This document shows, in pieces, positions 38,118-47,794 of a stretch of DNA of 64,000 bases; the first letter of the stretch is position 1; each line of letters begins with the position of its first letter. Made by a program: the position numbers and the translations under genes. Where the stretch lies: positions 10,088 through 74,087 of the forward strand of contig VBOW01000032.1 of the NCBI GenBank assembly GCA_005893275.1. Direction: 5' to 3'. The notes beneath the pieces were generated by a model. The model was not told the origin of the DNA. It was given only the letters and a program-made list of their open reading frames with translations, and ran no database searches. This DNA comes from Candidatus Eiseniibacteriota bacterium. Its GTDB lineage: Bacteria > Eisenbacteria > RBG-16-71-46 > SZUA-252.

Positions 38118-39680
38118 ATGGCGTTCCAGAATCGAAAAATTCTTTGGGCCGATGACGAGATCGACCTCCTGAAGCCCCACATCCTGCTCCTGGAATCGAA
38201 GGGCTACCAGGTCACCTCCGTCTCCAATGGAAATGACGCCGTCGCGTGTGCCGCGCGCGAGAAGTTCGACGTCGTCCTGCTCGACGAATCGATGCCCGGG
38301 CTCGGCGGGCTTGCCACGCTCGAAGCGATCAAGGACCAGGACCCATCCGTCCCGGTCGTGCTGGTGACGAAGAACGAAGCGGAATCGCTCATGGACGAGG
38401 CGATCGGGAAGCGCATCGACGACTATCTGATCAAGCCGGTGCGCCCGACGCAGATTTTCCTCGCGCTGAAGCGTCTCCTCGAAGCGGACCGGCTCCAAGA
38501 GAGCCAGCGGGCGCGCGATTACGTGGCGGAGCTGTCGCGGCTCCGCGCGGACTCCACGGGGGGTCTCGACTGGCGCGGTTGGGTCGATCTCTACGCCCGG
38601 AGCGCCCAATGGGACGTGGAGCTCGATCAGGTCGAAGACGCCGGGCTCAAGCAGGCGCACGCGGACCAGAGACGAGAGCTCAACGTCGAGTTCGGCCAGT
38701 ACGTCGAGGCGCGGTATCCCTCGTGGCTTGCCGGAAACGATGCGCCCCCGCTCTCCACGGACGTCCTGGAGCGCTGGGTCGCGCCGATCCTGCGCGAAAA
38801 ACGGCGCGTCTATTTCATCGTCGTCGATTGTATGCGCCTCGACCAATGGCTCACGGTGGACCCCTTGGTCCGGGAATTTTTCGACGTGCAGGTCGACTAC
38901 CACGTCTCCATCCTGCCGACCGCGACTCCGTATTCGCGGAACGCGATTTTCGCGGGGCTCCTTCCCGACGCGATCCAGCGGAGGCACCCCGAGTTCTGGA
39001 ACGAGGGTCCGGGGGACGAGCGGAGCAAGAACCGCTACGAGCGCCAGCTCCTGGACGCGCACCTGAAGCGGCTGTCGCTCGAGCTCCTTTCGCCCCCGAA
39101 GTACATCAAGATCTACAACGTCGAAGAGGCGAACAACGTCAGGCGCAACGTCGTCACGTTCCAGAATATTCCGCTCGTAGCGCTGGTGTTCAATTTCCTC
39201 GATATGCTCACCCACGGGCGCTCCGAATCGGACCTCCTGCGCGAGCTCGCGCCCGACGAGTCCGCGTTCCGGTCGGTGATGCGTTCCTGGTTCCTTCACT
39301 CCTCGCTCTTCGAGGCGCTGAAATGGATGTCGAAGCAGGATTGCACGGTGATCTTGACGACCGATCACGGGGCGATCCTGAGCCGGCGCTCCGCCCTCGT
39401 CTACGGAAACAGGGAGACGTCGACCAATCTTCGATTCAAATTCGGAACGAATCTGGCCTGCGATCCCAAGCATGCCGTTCACGTGAAGGAGCCGAGCCGG
39501 TACCGGCTGCCGGCGGACACGGCGAACAAGAGCTATATCATCGCGAAGGAAGATTTCTATTTCGTCTACCCGACGAATTTCCACGAATACGAGAACAAGT
39601 ACCGCGGGAGCTTCCAGCACGGCGGCATTTCCCTGGAAGAGATGATCCTGCCCACGGTCACACTCACTCCTCGGGGCTGA
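38118..39680 (+). CDS. response regulator with CheY-like receiver domain fused to a PglZ (alkaline-phosphatase-like) effector domain; PorX-like
   Basis: Receiver domain (ILWADDEIDLL...VVLLDESMPGLGG...K). The rest has the PglZ metal-binding pattern (VVDCMRLD, TTDHG, HGG). This receiver+PglZ architecture matches PorX of the T9SS PorXY two-component system. Confidence 0.75.
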   Translation: MAFQNRKILWADDEIDLLKPHILLLESKGYQVTSVSNGNDAVACAAREKFDVVLLDESMPGLGGLATLEAIKDQDPSVPVVLVTKNEAESLMDEAIGKRIDDYLIKPVRPTQIFLALKRLLEADRLQESQRARDYVAELSRLRADSTGGLDWRGWVDLYARSAQWDVELDQVEDAGLKQAHADQRRELNVEFGQYVEARYPSWLAGNDAPPLSTDVLERWVAPILREKRRVYFIVVDCMRLDQWLTVDPLVREFFDVQVDYHVSILPTATPYSRNAIFAGLLPDAIQRRHPEFWNEGPGDERSKNRYERQLLDAHLKRLSLELLSPPKYIKIYNVEEANNVRRNVVTFQNIPLVALVFNFLDMLTHGRSESDLLRELAPDESAFRSVMRSWFLHSSLFEALKWMSKQDCTVILTTDHGAILSRRSALVYGNRETSTNLRFKFGTNLACDPKHAVHVKEPSRYRLPADTANKSYIIAKEDFYFVYPTNFHEYENKYRGSFQHGGISLEEMILPTVTLTPRG

Positions 39681-39686
39681 TTCACG

Positions 39687-40190
39687 TTGAACATCGAGGT
39701 GCGCTCGCTCCTGCGCGGAGCGGGGGATACGCGTTCCTTCGGCAGGCGCCTCGGCGCCCTGGCACTTCCAGGCGACTGGGTCGCCCTCACGGGCGATCTG
39801 GGCACCGGCAAGACGACCCTGGTCTCCGGGATTGTCGACGCCGTTCATCCGGGGATGCGGGCACGGAGCCCCACCTACGTGCGCGTGGAGGTTTACGGCG
39901 AAGCTCCCGCGATCGTCCACGTGGACCTTTACCGCTTGCAGGCCCCGGGGGAGTGGGACACGCTCGGAATCGAGGATCTGGCGGAACGGGGAGCAATCGT
40001 GCTCGTGGAATGGGCCGACCGCGCGCCGGACCGGCTCCCGGAGGGCCGGCTGGACCTGTCGCTTCGCTACTCCGGCGAGGCCGCCCGTGAGATTCGGATC
40101 CAGGCGCGTGGGGAACGCTGGCTCACCCTTCTCAAGGAAGGGAAGCTCGACCGGGAATATTGGAGCGATGCGCTATATCCTCGGGATTGA
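39687..40190 (+). CDS. tsaE: tRNA threonylcarbamoyladenosine biosynthesis protein TsaE
   Basis: Walker A GDLGTGKTTL, YjeE family size. TTG start. Confidence 0.8.
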   Translation: MNIEVRSLLRGAGDTRSFGRRLGALALPGDWVALTGDLGTGKTTLVSGIVDAVHPGMRARSPTYVRVEVYGEAPAIVHVDLYRLQAPGEWDTLGIEDLAERGAIVLVEWADRAPDRLPEGRLDLSLRYSGEAAREIRIQARGERWLTLLKEGKLDREYWSDALYPRD

Positions 40191-40884
40191 TACCGCGAAT
40201 CGCTTCGGCTCCGTGGCGCTCGCCGAGGACGGCTCGGCGTCCGTGTGGGAGGGCCTCGCTCCGGGGGAGCATTCGAGCGGGCTTTCGCGCGCGGCGGAGA
40301 GGCTTCTTCGAGAACGAGGTCGGACGCTTCGCGATCTCTCGGGAATCGCCGTCTCGGGCGGTCCGGGATCGTTCACCGGGCTTCGAATCGGGCTCGCGTG
40401 GGCCAAGGGCGTTTGCTTCGGGCTCCCGGTCAAGTTGACGCTCGTCTCGGCGCACGAGGCGAACGCGTACCGGCACCGGCGCGCGCAAGGCTTGATCGCG
40501 ACCGTGCTCCCGGGGGAGCGGGGCCAGGTCCAGGCTTCGCTTTGGTCGGCGGGCGCGGCCTGCCTCTGGGGGCCCGAGCGCGTTTCCGAGGAGGACCTCG
40601 CAGAGGTCCTCCTCGAGGCCGCGGGCCCGGGGAACACCGCAATCGCGGTCGCGGCACCGGACCTGAAACCGGAGCTTCGCGAGCTGCTCGAGGAAGCGGG
40701 CTACGTCCTCCTGGACCGCGGTTCTAATGATGAGAGGGGAAGCGGCGCCGATTCCCCCCCGCCTGCCGCGGCCGCCGTGGCCGAGCTGGGCGATCGGAAC
40801 CTGCTCGCGGGGCAGAACGAGGATCTTGCGGGAGCCGTGCCCTTCTACGGGCGCACGCCCAACGCGAGGAAGCCTTCGTCATGA
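40168..40884 (+). CDS. tsaB: tRNA threonylcarbamoyladenosine biosynthesis protein TsaB (inactive Kae1 homolog)
   Basis: MRYILGIDTANRFGSVAL...GPGSFTGLRIG. Overlaps tsaE by 23 nt. Confidence 0.8.
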   Translation: MRYILGIDTANRFGSVALAEDGSASVWEGLAPGEHSSGLSRAAERLLRERGRTLRDLSGIAVSGGPGSFTGLRIGLAWAKGVCFGLPVKLTLVSAHEANAYRHRRAQGLIATVLPGERGQVQASLWSAGAACLWGPERVSEEDLAEVLLEAAGPGNTAIAVAAPDLKPELRELLEEAGYVLLDRGSNDERGSGADSPPPAAAAVAELGDRNLLAGQNEDLAGAVPFYGRTPNARKPSS

Positions 40885-41354
40885 CGGATCAGGATTCGGT
40901 CCGGATCGTGCCGCTCACGGCCGAGCATCTGGACCAGATCGTCGCGATCGAGCGCACCTCGTTCAGCGACCCCTGGACGCGCGGCATGTTCGAATCGGAG
41001 CTGGACGCAGCCGCGCGGGGCTACGCTCGAGGGGCGATGCGGGGCGAAGATCTCATCGGGTACCTGCTTGCCGTTCTCATTCCGGATGAAGCCCACATCG
41101 GTAATCTGGCCGTGCATCCGGCCCGCCGGCGGCAGGGCATCGCCCAAAGGCTCCTGGATGAGCTCGTGCGCGACGCGGCGCGGGCGGGTGTTCGGAGGGT
41201 GACCCTCGAGGTCAGGCAATCGAATCAGATGGCGCGTAAGTTCTATTATAAGAACGAGTTCATCGATATCGCGATTCGAAAGAACTACTACCGGAGCCCG
41301 GTGGAGGATGCTATCGTGATGTATCGCGTCCTCCCGGAGGATCCGAGCGTATGA
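40881..41354 (+). CDS. rimI: ribosomal-protein-alanine N-acetyltransferase (GNAT)
   Basis: GNAT motif A RRRQGIAQRLL. Position after tsaB is the classic tsaB-rimI arrangement. ATGA overlap. Confidence 0.8.
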   Translation: MTDQDSVRIVPLTAEHLDQIVAIERTSFSDPWTRGMFESELDAAARGYARGAMRGEDLIGYLLAVLIPDEAHIGNLAVHPARRRQGIAQRLLDELVRDAARAGVRRVTLEVRQSNQMARKFYYKNEFIDIAIRKNYYRSPVEDAIVMYRVLPEDPSV

Positions 41355-42478
41355 GCTGGCTGAAGAAGTCAAAAGAAGGGCTCAAGACGCCGCAGCGGAA
41401 ACGGGAGCTGCCGGACGGTCTCTGGACCAAGTGCGAGGACTGCGGCGAGATCCTGTACCACAAGGAGCTCGAGCGGAACCTCTGGACGTGCACGAAGTGC
41501 TCGTACCATTTCCGCATTTCGGCTCGGACCTACCTCAAGATCCTCCTCGATGAGGGGTCCTTCGTCGAGCGCTTCTCCGAGGTGGTTTCCACCGACCCGC
41601 TCAAGTTTCGCGACACGAAACGCTATTCCGACCGGCTGCGGAAGGCCCGCGAGGAAACGTCCCTGAGCGAGGCGATCCTCATGGGTGAGGGGACGATCGA
41701 GGGCCGTCCGCTCGTGATCGGCGTGATGGATTTCTCGTTCCTCGGCGGGAGCCTGGCCTCCGCGTCCGGGGAGCGGATCGCGCGTGGAATCCTGCTCGCG
41801 CTCGAGACCCGGCGGCCGCTCGTGCTTCTCTCCTCCTCGGGCGGCGCGAGGATGTTCGAAGGCATTCTCTCCCTCATGCAAATGGCGAAGACGAATGCCC
41901 TCCTGGCCCGGCTCTCGGATGCGGGGGTCCCATACATTTCGATCATGACCCACCCGACGACGGGGGGTGTGACCGCGAGCTTCGCCTCGGTCGGGGACGT
42001 GATCCTGGCCGAGCCACGCGCCCTGATCGGCTTCGCCGGACCCCGCGTGATCAAACAGACCATCAACCAGGAGCTTCCGGAGGGGTTCCAGCGCTCGGAG
42101 TTTCTCCTCGCGAAAGGGATGGTCGACCGAATCGTGCACCGAAACGAGCTTCGGAGAACCCTCGCCTGGCTGCTCCATTTCTTCGCGGCGGCCGCTCTCT
42201 TGCCTCAAAAGCCGCGCCGGCGCGCGGGGGAAACCCTGGCCCGATTCCGCGCCGTGGGCGGCCCGGTCGCATCCACGCCGCCTCCCCCGCCCGCACCGGA
42301 GGTGCAGCTCAAGCCGTTCGAGTCGGAATCAACGCCGAGCGTGAATGGAGCGCCCGGCGTGGAGAGCCCCGAGGGTCCCGCCAGGCCCCCCGCCGAAACG
42401 CCCGGTGAAACGTCGGGGACGACGCCCGGCGGTTCCGCGGCGTTTCCCGCCGATCGGGAGATACCGATCCGCGAATGA
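41351..42478 (+). CDS. accD: acetyl-CoA carboxylase carboxyltransferase beta subunit with ~90-aa Pro/Ala-rich C-terminal extension
   Basis: N-terminal zinc ribbon CEDCGEILY...CTKCSYH and the CT-beta domain. ATGA overlap. Confidence 0.85.
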   Translation: MSWLKKSKEGLKTPQRKRELPDGLWTKCEDCGEILYHKELERNLWTCTKCSYHFRISARTYLKILLDEGSFVERFSEVVSTDPLKFRDTKRYSDRLRKAREETSLSEAILMGEGTIEGRPLVIGVMDFSFLGGSLASASGERIARGILLALETRRPLVLLSSSGGARMFEGILSLMQMAKTNALLARLSDAGVPYISIMTHPTTGGVTASFASVGDVILAEPRALIGFAGPRVIKQTINQELPEGFQRSEFLLAKGMVDRIVHRNELRRTLAWLLHFFAAAALLPQKPRRRAGETLARFRAVGGPVASTPPPPPAPEVQLKPFESESTPSVNGAPGVESPEGPARPPAETPGETSGTTPGGSAAFPADREIPIRE

Positions 42479-43785
42479 AGGCGCCCGCGAGCGCCACACT
42501 CACCCGGCGCCTTGACGCCATGTATCGCTTCGAGCGCAGCGGAATGCGCCCGGGGCTCGTGGGGATCGAGCGCCTGCTCGAGGCGGCGGGCAGGCCGGAC
42601 CGCGCGTTCGCGTCGATCCTCGTGGCCGGGACGAACGGCAAGGGCTCCACGGCGGCCCACCTCGATTCCATCCTCCGCGCCGCCGGGCTTCGAACGGGCC
42701 TTTACACCTCGCCCCACCTCCTCCGATTCCACGAGCGGATCCGCGTCCAGGGTCGAGAGATCGGGGACGAGACGCTCGAGACCCTGCTCGAGCGCTGGTG
42801 GCCCCGGTTCGAAGCCCAGGGTCCCTCCTTCTTCGAGGCGGCGACCGCGCTCTGCTTCGACCATTTCGCGGCCTCGAATCTGGACATCGCGGTCGTGGAG
42901 GTTGGCCTCGGTGGCCGGCTGGACGCCACGAACATCTTGAGCCCGCGCGTCTCGGTGATCACCACGATCAGCAGCGATCACCGCGAGATCCTGGGCGACA
43001 CCTTGAAGCGGATCGCGGCCGAGAAGGCGGGAATCATCAAGCCCGGCGCCACCCTCGTGTGCGGCGTCCGGGGACGGGAGGCCAAAGCGGTGATCGCCGC
43101 CGCCGCATCGCAGAAGGGGGCGAACGTGAGCTGGCTCGGAAGCGCGGCCCGCTACACCACGCGCGGCTTGAGCCTCGATGGAACCGAGTTCCAGCTCGAA
43201 ACATCCTCGTACTCAGGGAGGCTTCGCACGAATCTCTTGGGAAAGCATCAGGCGAGAAACGCGGCGCTCGCGGCGCTCGCGGCCGAAAAAGTGCTCGAAA
43301 GCCGCCCGCCGGCGGAGATCGCGTCGGCGATCGCGCGCGGCATTCCTCGCGCGCGATGGCCCGCCCGGGCCGAGCTGGTTCGCGAAGAGCCCCCCGTGTT
43401 GGTCGACGTCGCCCACAACGCCGAGGGCGCCCGCGCGCTGGCGGAGACGGTCGGCGCGCTCTTCTCCGAGCGGCGCGTCGCCTTCGTGGTCGCGCTGTCT
43501 CAGGACAAGGCCCACGCCGAGTTCTTGAGGCGGCTGGGCTCGGTGGCGAGCCGCTTCTACCTGACCCAGTTCGAAGGCGAGCGCGCCACGCCCGCCTCCG
43601 CGCTTCTTCGCGCCGCCCCCTCGCGCCATTTGACCTGCGAGGCGATCCCCTCGATTCCAGACGCGCTCGACCGCGCGGTGGCATGGGCCGCGGAGGCCGG
43701 CGGCGTGGTCGTCGTCGCGGGCTCCTTCTTTCTCCTGGCCTCGGCGCTGCCGCATCTCGAGGTCCGCGTACCCGATGCGATTTGA
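42475..43785 (+). CDS. folC: bifunctional folylpolyglutamate synthase / dihydrofolate synthase
   Basis: Mur-ligase P-loop VAGTNGKGST and the FolC C-terminal domain. Conserved accD-folC adjacency. Confidence 0.85.
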   Translation: MKAPASATLTRRLDAMYRFERSGMRPGLVGIERLLEAAGRPDRAFASILVAGTNGKGSTAAHLDSILRAAGLRTGLYTSPHLLRFHERIRVQGREIGDETLETLLERWWPRFEAQGPSFFEAATALCFDHFAASNLDIAVVEVGLGGRLDATNILSPRVSVITTISSDHREILGDTLKRIAAEKAGIIKPGATLVCGVRGREAKAVIAAAASQKGANVSWLGSAARYTTRGLSLDGTEFQLETSSYSGRLRTNLLGKHQARNAALAALAAEKVLESRPPAEIASAIARGIPRARWPARAELVREEPPVLVDVAHNAEGARALAETVGALFSERRVAFVVALSQDKAHAEFLRRLGSVASRFYLTQFEGERATPASALLRAAPSRHLTCEAIPSIPDALDRAVAWAAEAGGVVVVAGSFFLLASALPHLEVRVPDAI

Positions 43786-46700
43786 AGGCCGGCCCGCCGG
43801 CCCGATCCGCGCCCTGCTCGTGGCGCTCGCCATGGCGGCCTCAGGACCGGGAAGCGGACGAGCCCAGAGCCCCGCGCCGGCCCCCGCGGCCGATGAGACC
43901 TATCACCTGAAGGCGGACCGGCTCTCGGGCTCCGCGACGTCGAACGAGGACGTCTACACGGCGATCCACGTCACGGTGGAGCACGGCACCACCACGGTCA
44001 CGGGCGACTCGGCCCGCGTCTTCCGCCAGCGGGAGCTCGTCGTCCTGATGGGCGATGTGAAGATCATCGACGGCAAGACCAGGATGTGGGGGGACGAAGC
44101 ATCCTACGATCGGAGGGCGCGTCTCGCCGTCCTCCGAGGCAACGTCCGTATCCAGGAAGGCACCGCGCGCATCACGGGGCGGGAGGCCCGCTTCTACCGC
44201 AACGAAAACCGGTCGGTGATCGTGGGGAGCCCTCGAATGGAGGATTCCACGAGGATCTTGACCGCCGACCAGATCGAATACGACCGGGCGAAGGACGTGA
44301 TCCTCGCCTCGGGAAACGTGGTGGGCGTCGATCGCGCGGAGAGCACGACGGTGCACGCCGGGCGGGTCCGATACGACCGGCGGGGCGACTATGCGTGGGC
44401 GACCCAGAGCCCGGTCCTCACGATCGAGGAATCGGGAGGGAAGTCGACCCAGGTGCGCGGGCTCTCCATGGAATTCGACAACGCAAAACGCGCGGTCTTC
44501 ACGGTCGGCGATGTCCAGGTGGAGCGCGACCAGCTTCGAGCCAAAGGGGATCGCGGGGAGTTCTACCAGTCGGAGAACCGCGCCCTTCTGGTTGGGAATC
44601 CGCGCGCGTGGGACGAGGAGGGAGAGGTTCAGGGAGACACGCTCGAGATCCGAATGGCGCAGCGTCGCGTCGAGTCTGTCCAGGTGCGCCCCCACGCCGC
44701 CGTGAGCTACGAAGCGAAGGGCGAGCGCGGGCGGGGGGAGCGCAGCCACGCGGCCGGCGACACCGTGACGCTCTTTCTTCCGGACCAGGAATCGCGCAGG
44801 GCGGTCATCGTCGGGCACGCGCAGAGCTCCTACTGGCCGGCGAGCGAGGACAGCGCCCAAGGCGGGCGCAACATCTCGAGCGGGGACAGCATCATCGTGG
44901 AATTCGCTCACGGACGGGCCCACCGGGCGACGGTGGTGGGTCGGAGCGAGGGGACCTATTTCATGGCGGCGGAAGGGGACACGAGCCGCGCGCAGCAGGA
45001 GGAGCGGGTTCGATACCGCGGCGAACGGGTCATCTACGACGTGGACCGGAACGAGGTGAACGTGGTCGGCTCGGCGGACGTGACGTACAAGGAGCTGCGC
45101 CTGAACGCGGAGCGCGTCTCGTTCAACACGAAGACCGAGCGGATGCGCGCCGAAGGCGATCCGGTGCTCTACGACGGCAGGGATCGGATCACGGGCCAGA
45201 CCATGACCTACGACCTGTCGATTCGCCGAGGCACGATTTACGCGGGCAAGACGGCGTATGAGAAGGGCTTCTATTACGGGGAGCAGATCCGGAAGGTCTC
45301 CGACGACGTCCTCGACGTGAAGAACGGGAGCTACACCACGTGCGATCTGGACTCGCCCCACTATCACTTCGGAAGCAGCAAGATGAAGATCCTTCTCCAC
45401 GACAAGGTGATCGCACGGCCCGTCGTGTTCTACATCAAGCACATTCCGGTGCTCGCGCTCCCTTTCTACATCTTTCCCATCAAGCCGGGGCGCCATTCCG
45501 GCTTTCAGCTCCCGCAAGTAGAGTTCGGCTCCTCGAGCGCGGGGGGGAAGTTCATACGCAACCTCGGATACTACTGGGCGGTGAACGACTACCTGGACGC
45601 GACCGGATGGGGGGACTACTACCAGGAGACGCGGTGGATCGCCCACGCGCAGACGCGGTACAACAAGCGATACCGGTGGTCGGGCGAGATCAACTCCTCG
45701 TTCGAGCACACGCTCGTATCGGGCGCCGATCGGTGGGATCTCTTCGGGCGGCACTTCCAGACCCTGGGCCCCAATTTCACGCTCACCGCGCAGGGTAACT
45801 TCGCGAACTCGAGCAATTACCTCCGCGACCAGACCATCGGCCGCTCCGTTCTGCTCCGGGTGCAGCGCAATCTCAGATCGAGCCTCTCCCTGAACAAGAG
45901 CTGGAGCGGGGCCTCGCTCAACTTCGGGCTCCTTCGGAACCAGGACCTCGATCCGGAACGGGGCGGCCCCCCCGAGATCGAGCAGCGGCTGCCCGCGGTC
46001 TCGTTTTCGCTGTCCGCACGGCCGCTGGGGCATCTCGCGCGGGGCAAGGAGCCCGCGCGCCTTCCGTGGCTTTCCTCCACGGTCTTCAGCTTGAGCTCGA
46101 CCCTTCTGAGCGAGCGGAATCGATTCTTCGAGGCTCGGGCGGAGTCGACGGTCGTGCTCGACACCCTGGGGACGCCGGTCGATACAACGGTTCGATTCGT
46201 GGACGTCACGACCGCGCGCACCGCCGTGAGCCACAACATGGGGCTGACGGACGTGAGGACGCTGCTCGGGTTTCTCAAGGTGAGCCCGAACATGAGCTAC
46301 ACCGAGGTCTTCGTCAGCAGGGACGCCGCCGGGAACCGCAATCAGCGGGCGGGAGTCTGGCGCGGGGGGATCGACATGAATACAGCCTTCTTCGGGACGT
46401 TCCGGCCCTCGCTGGGACCGCTCCGGGGGATCCGCCACGTCGTCACCCCTTCGGTCGGTCTGGTGTATCAGCCCGCCTACCCGAAGCTCAATTACCGCGA
46501 CGCCAACGGGAACCTCAAGCCGCGCTTTACCGGCCTCTCCACCTCGCTGGGCGGCCTGGAATCGCGCGCGATGACGTTCTCGATTCGGAACGACATCCAC
46601 GTCAAATGGGGGAGCGCCGCACAGCCCAAGGTGATCAACAACCTGATCCAGCTCTCGACGTCCGGAAGTTACAACTTCCTCGCAGCGAGACAGGGACAAA

Positions 46701-47305
46701 AGCCGCTGTCCGATCTCTCGAGCGTTCTTACCCTTCGTCCGACCGACCGCGGACTGATCAGCATGGGTTTCACCCACAACCCGTACGACGGAAAGCTCCT
46801 CAGCTTCCGCGTCTCGAGCGGCCTTTTCTTCCAAGGGGTGAGGCGAGCCGAGCAGCGGGAGGAGGAGAGGGTGGACTTGGGACCCGGCGCCCAGGCGGTC
46901 GCCGCGCCGACCGGTTGGACGCCCGCGGGACTGCTCCCGGCCGGGCTCCCGTGGACGTTCGGAATTTCGATGAGCTACACCGGCTCGAGCAGCAGGCTCG
47001 CCGCCGGCGGGTACTCGCCGTGGCGCTCGAGCACCACCACGAATGCGTCCTTGGGGCTCAATCCCACGACCAACTGGCGGGTGGATTACTCGGCGCAGTT
47101 CGATTTCAAGAGCCGTCAAATGATTTCCCAGAACTACTCGGTCCGGCGCGAGCTGCACTGTTGGGAAGCGCAATTCACCCGCAGCATCTCCGGAGGAATC
47201 ACCGAGTACTACTTCAAGATCAACGTGAAGAATCTCCCGGAGGTCTATTACGAGCAAGGTTCGCGCGGGTTGCGCGGGTTCGGCGGAATCGAAAATGCTT
47301 TCTAG
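43775..47305 (+). CDS. lptD: LPS-assembly protein LptD-like giant outer-membrane protein (1176 aa) with several tandem OstA/LptA-like N-terminal modules
   Basis: Signal peptide (ALLVALAMAASGPGSG). Repeated OstA_N-like beta-jellyroll segments (GNVRIQEG...ARFYRNE...) over ~500 aa. The C-terminal ~600 aa has an LptD-like barrel (YFKINVKN... terminal aromatic F). Confidence 0.7.
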   Translation: MRFEGRPAGPIRALLVALAMAASGPGSGRAQSPAPAPAADETYHLKADRLSGSATSNEDVYTAIHVTVEHGTTTVTGDSARVFRQRELVVLMGDVKIIDGKTRMWGDEASYDRRARLAVLRGNVRIQEGTARITGREARFYRNENRSVIVGSPRMEDSTRILTADQIEYDRAKDVILASGNVVGVDRAESTTVHAGRVRYDRRGDYAWATQSPVLTIEESGGKSTQVRGLSMEFDNAKRAVFTVGDVQVERDQLRAKGDRGEFYQSENRALLVGNPRAWDEEGEVQGDTLEIRMAQRRVESVQVRPHAAVSYEAKGERGRGERSHAAGDTVTLFLPDQESRRAVIVGHAQSSYWPASEDSAQGGRNISSGDSIIVEFAHGRAHRATVVGRSEGTYFMAAEGDTSRAQQEERVRYRGERVIYDVDRNEVNVVGSADVTYKELRLNAERVSFNTKTERMRAEGDPVLYDGRDRITGQTMTYDLSIRRGTIYAGKTAYEKGFYYGEQIRKVSDDVLDVKNGSYTTCDLDSPHYHFGSSKMKILLHDKVIARPVVFYIKHIPVLALPFYIFPIKPGRHSGFQLPQVEFGSSSAGGKFIRNLGYYWAVNDYLDATGWGDYYQETRWIAHAQTRYNKRYRWSGEINSSFEHTLVSGADRWDLFGRHFQTLGPNFTLTAQGNFANSSNYLRDQTIGRSVLLRVQRNLRSSLSLNKSWSGASLNFGLLRNQDLDPERGGPPEIEQRLPAVSFSLSARPLGHLARGKEPARLPWLSSTVFSLSSTLLSERNRFFEARAESTVVLDTLGTPVDTTVRFVDVTTARTAVSHNMGLTDVRTLLGFLKVSPNMSYTEVFVSRDAAGNRNQRAGVWRGGIDMNTAFFGTFRPSLGPLRGIRHVVTPSVGLVYQPAYPKLNYRDANGNLKPRFTGLSTSLGGLESRAMTFSIRNDIHVKWGSAAQPKVINNLIQLSTSGSYNFLAARQGQKPLSDLSSVLTLRPTDRGLISMGFTHNPYDGKLLSFRVSSGLFFQGVRRAEQREEERVDLGPGAQAVAAPTGWTPAGLLPAGLPWTFGISMSYTGSSSRLAAGGYSPWRSSTTTNASLGLNPTTNWRVDYSAQFDFKSRQMISQNYSVRRELHCWEAQFTRSISGGITEYYFKINVKNLPEVYYEQGSRGLRGFGGIENAF

Positions 47306-47336
47306 CGAAAAACCCGCATCCCCATCAGGAATCCAT

Positions 47337-47365
47337 TTGACACCCCGCGGGGTGCGTCGTAAGTT
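47337..47365 (+). promoter_or_regulatory. putative sigma70-type promoter of hup (TTGACA-N17-TAAGTT)
   Basis: TTGACA at 47337, 17-nt spacer containing the palindrome ccccgcgggg, TAAGTT at 47360, 32 nt upstream of the hup ATG. The -10 hexamer is weak. Confidence 0.3.
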
Positions 47366-47397
47366 GACGCGTCGTTCAGCCGAAAGGAGGTGAAAAG

Positions 47398-47688
47398 ATG
47401 AACAAGACCGAGCTCATCGCCACCGTCGCAAGAAAGACCGGTCTTTCGGCCCGCGAAGCGCGCGCCGCCGTCGAAACGCTGTTCTCCCCAGGCAAGGAAG
47501 GCTTGATCGCGGCCGCTCTCATGTCCGGGAAGAAGGTCCAGATCACAGGATTCGGCACCTTCGAGACTCGCAAGCGGAAGGCACGCGAGGGTCGGAACCC
47601 CCAGACTGGAGAGCGCATCAAGATCGCAGCGTCCCGTTTCCCGGCATTTCATGCGGGAAAGGCACTGAAGGACCGCATCAAGAAATAA
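47398..47688 (+). CDS. hup: HU-family DNA-binding protein
   Basis: MNKTELIATVARKTGLS...GFGTFETRKRKAREGRNPQTGE. AAAGGAGGTG SD 6 nt upstream. Confidence 0.9.
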   Translation: MNKTELIATVARKTGLSAREARAAVETLFSPGKEGLIAAALMSGKKVQITGFGTFETRKRKAREGRNPQTGERIKIAASRFPAFHAGKALKDRIKK

Positions 47689-47709
47689 CCCCCCTACGAC
47701 CGGATTTGC

Positions 47710-47744
47710 GAGGGAGCGGGCAGGGTGCACCTGCCCGCTCCCTC
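47710..47744. terminator. perfect 15-bp GC-rich hairpin (gagggagcgggcagg / cctgcccgctccctc, palindromic gtgcac loop) without U-tract, 22 nt after the hup stop
   Basis: Read directly from the sequence. Likely a transcript 3' end or stabiliser in a high-GC genome. Confidence 0.5.
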
Positions 47745-47764
47745 TGCGCTCTGGGGCCAAATTC

Positions 47765-47794
47765 TTGAACCCGGCATCTTTTGCGGGGTATAGT
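47765..47794 (+). promoter_or_regulatory. putative sigma70-type promoter TTGAAC-N18-TATAGT upstream of the cytochrome gene
   Basis: TTGAAC 47765..47770, 18-nt spacer, TATAGT 47789..47794. Followed by GGAGGTGA (47822..47829) and the proposed CTG start at 47836. Confidence 0.4.

Noticed and set aside
38118-39680. PglZ domain as a sign of a BREX phage-defence island
   Set aside because: PglZ here is fused to a receiver domain and paired with a histidine kinase (PorX/PorY architecture). No brxA/B/C, pglX or brxL-like genes flank it, and the neighbours are housekeeping genes.
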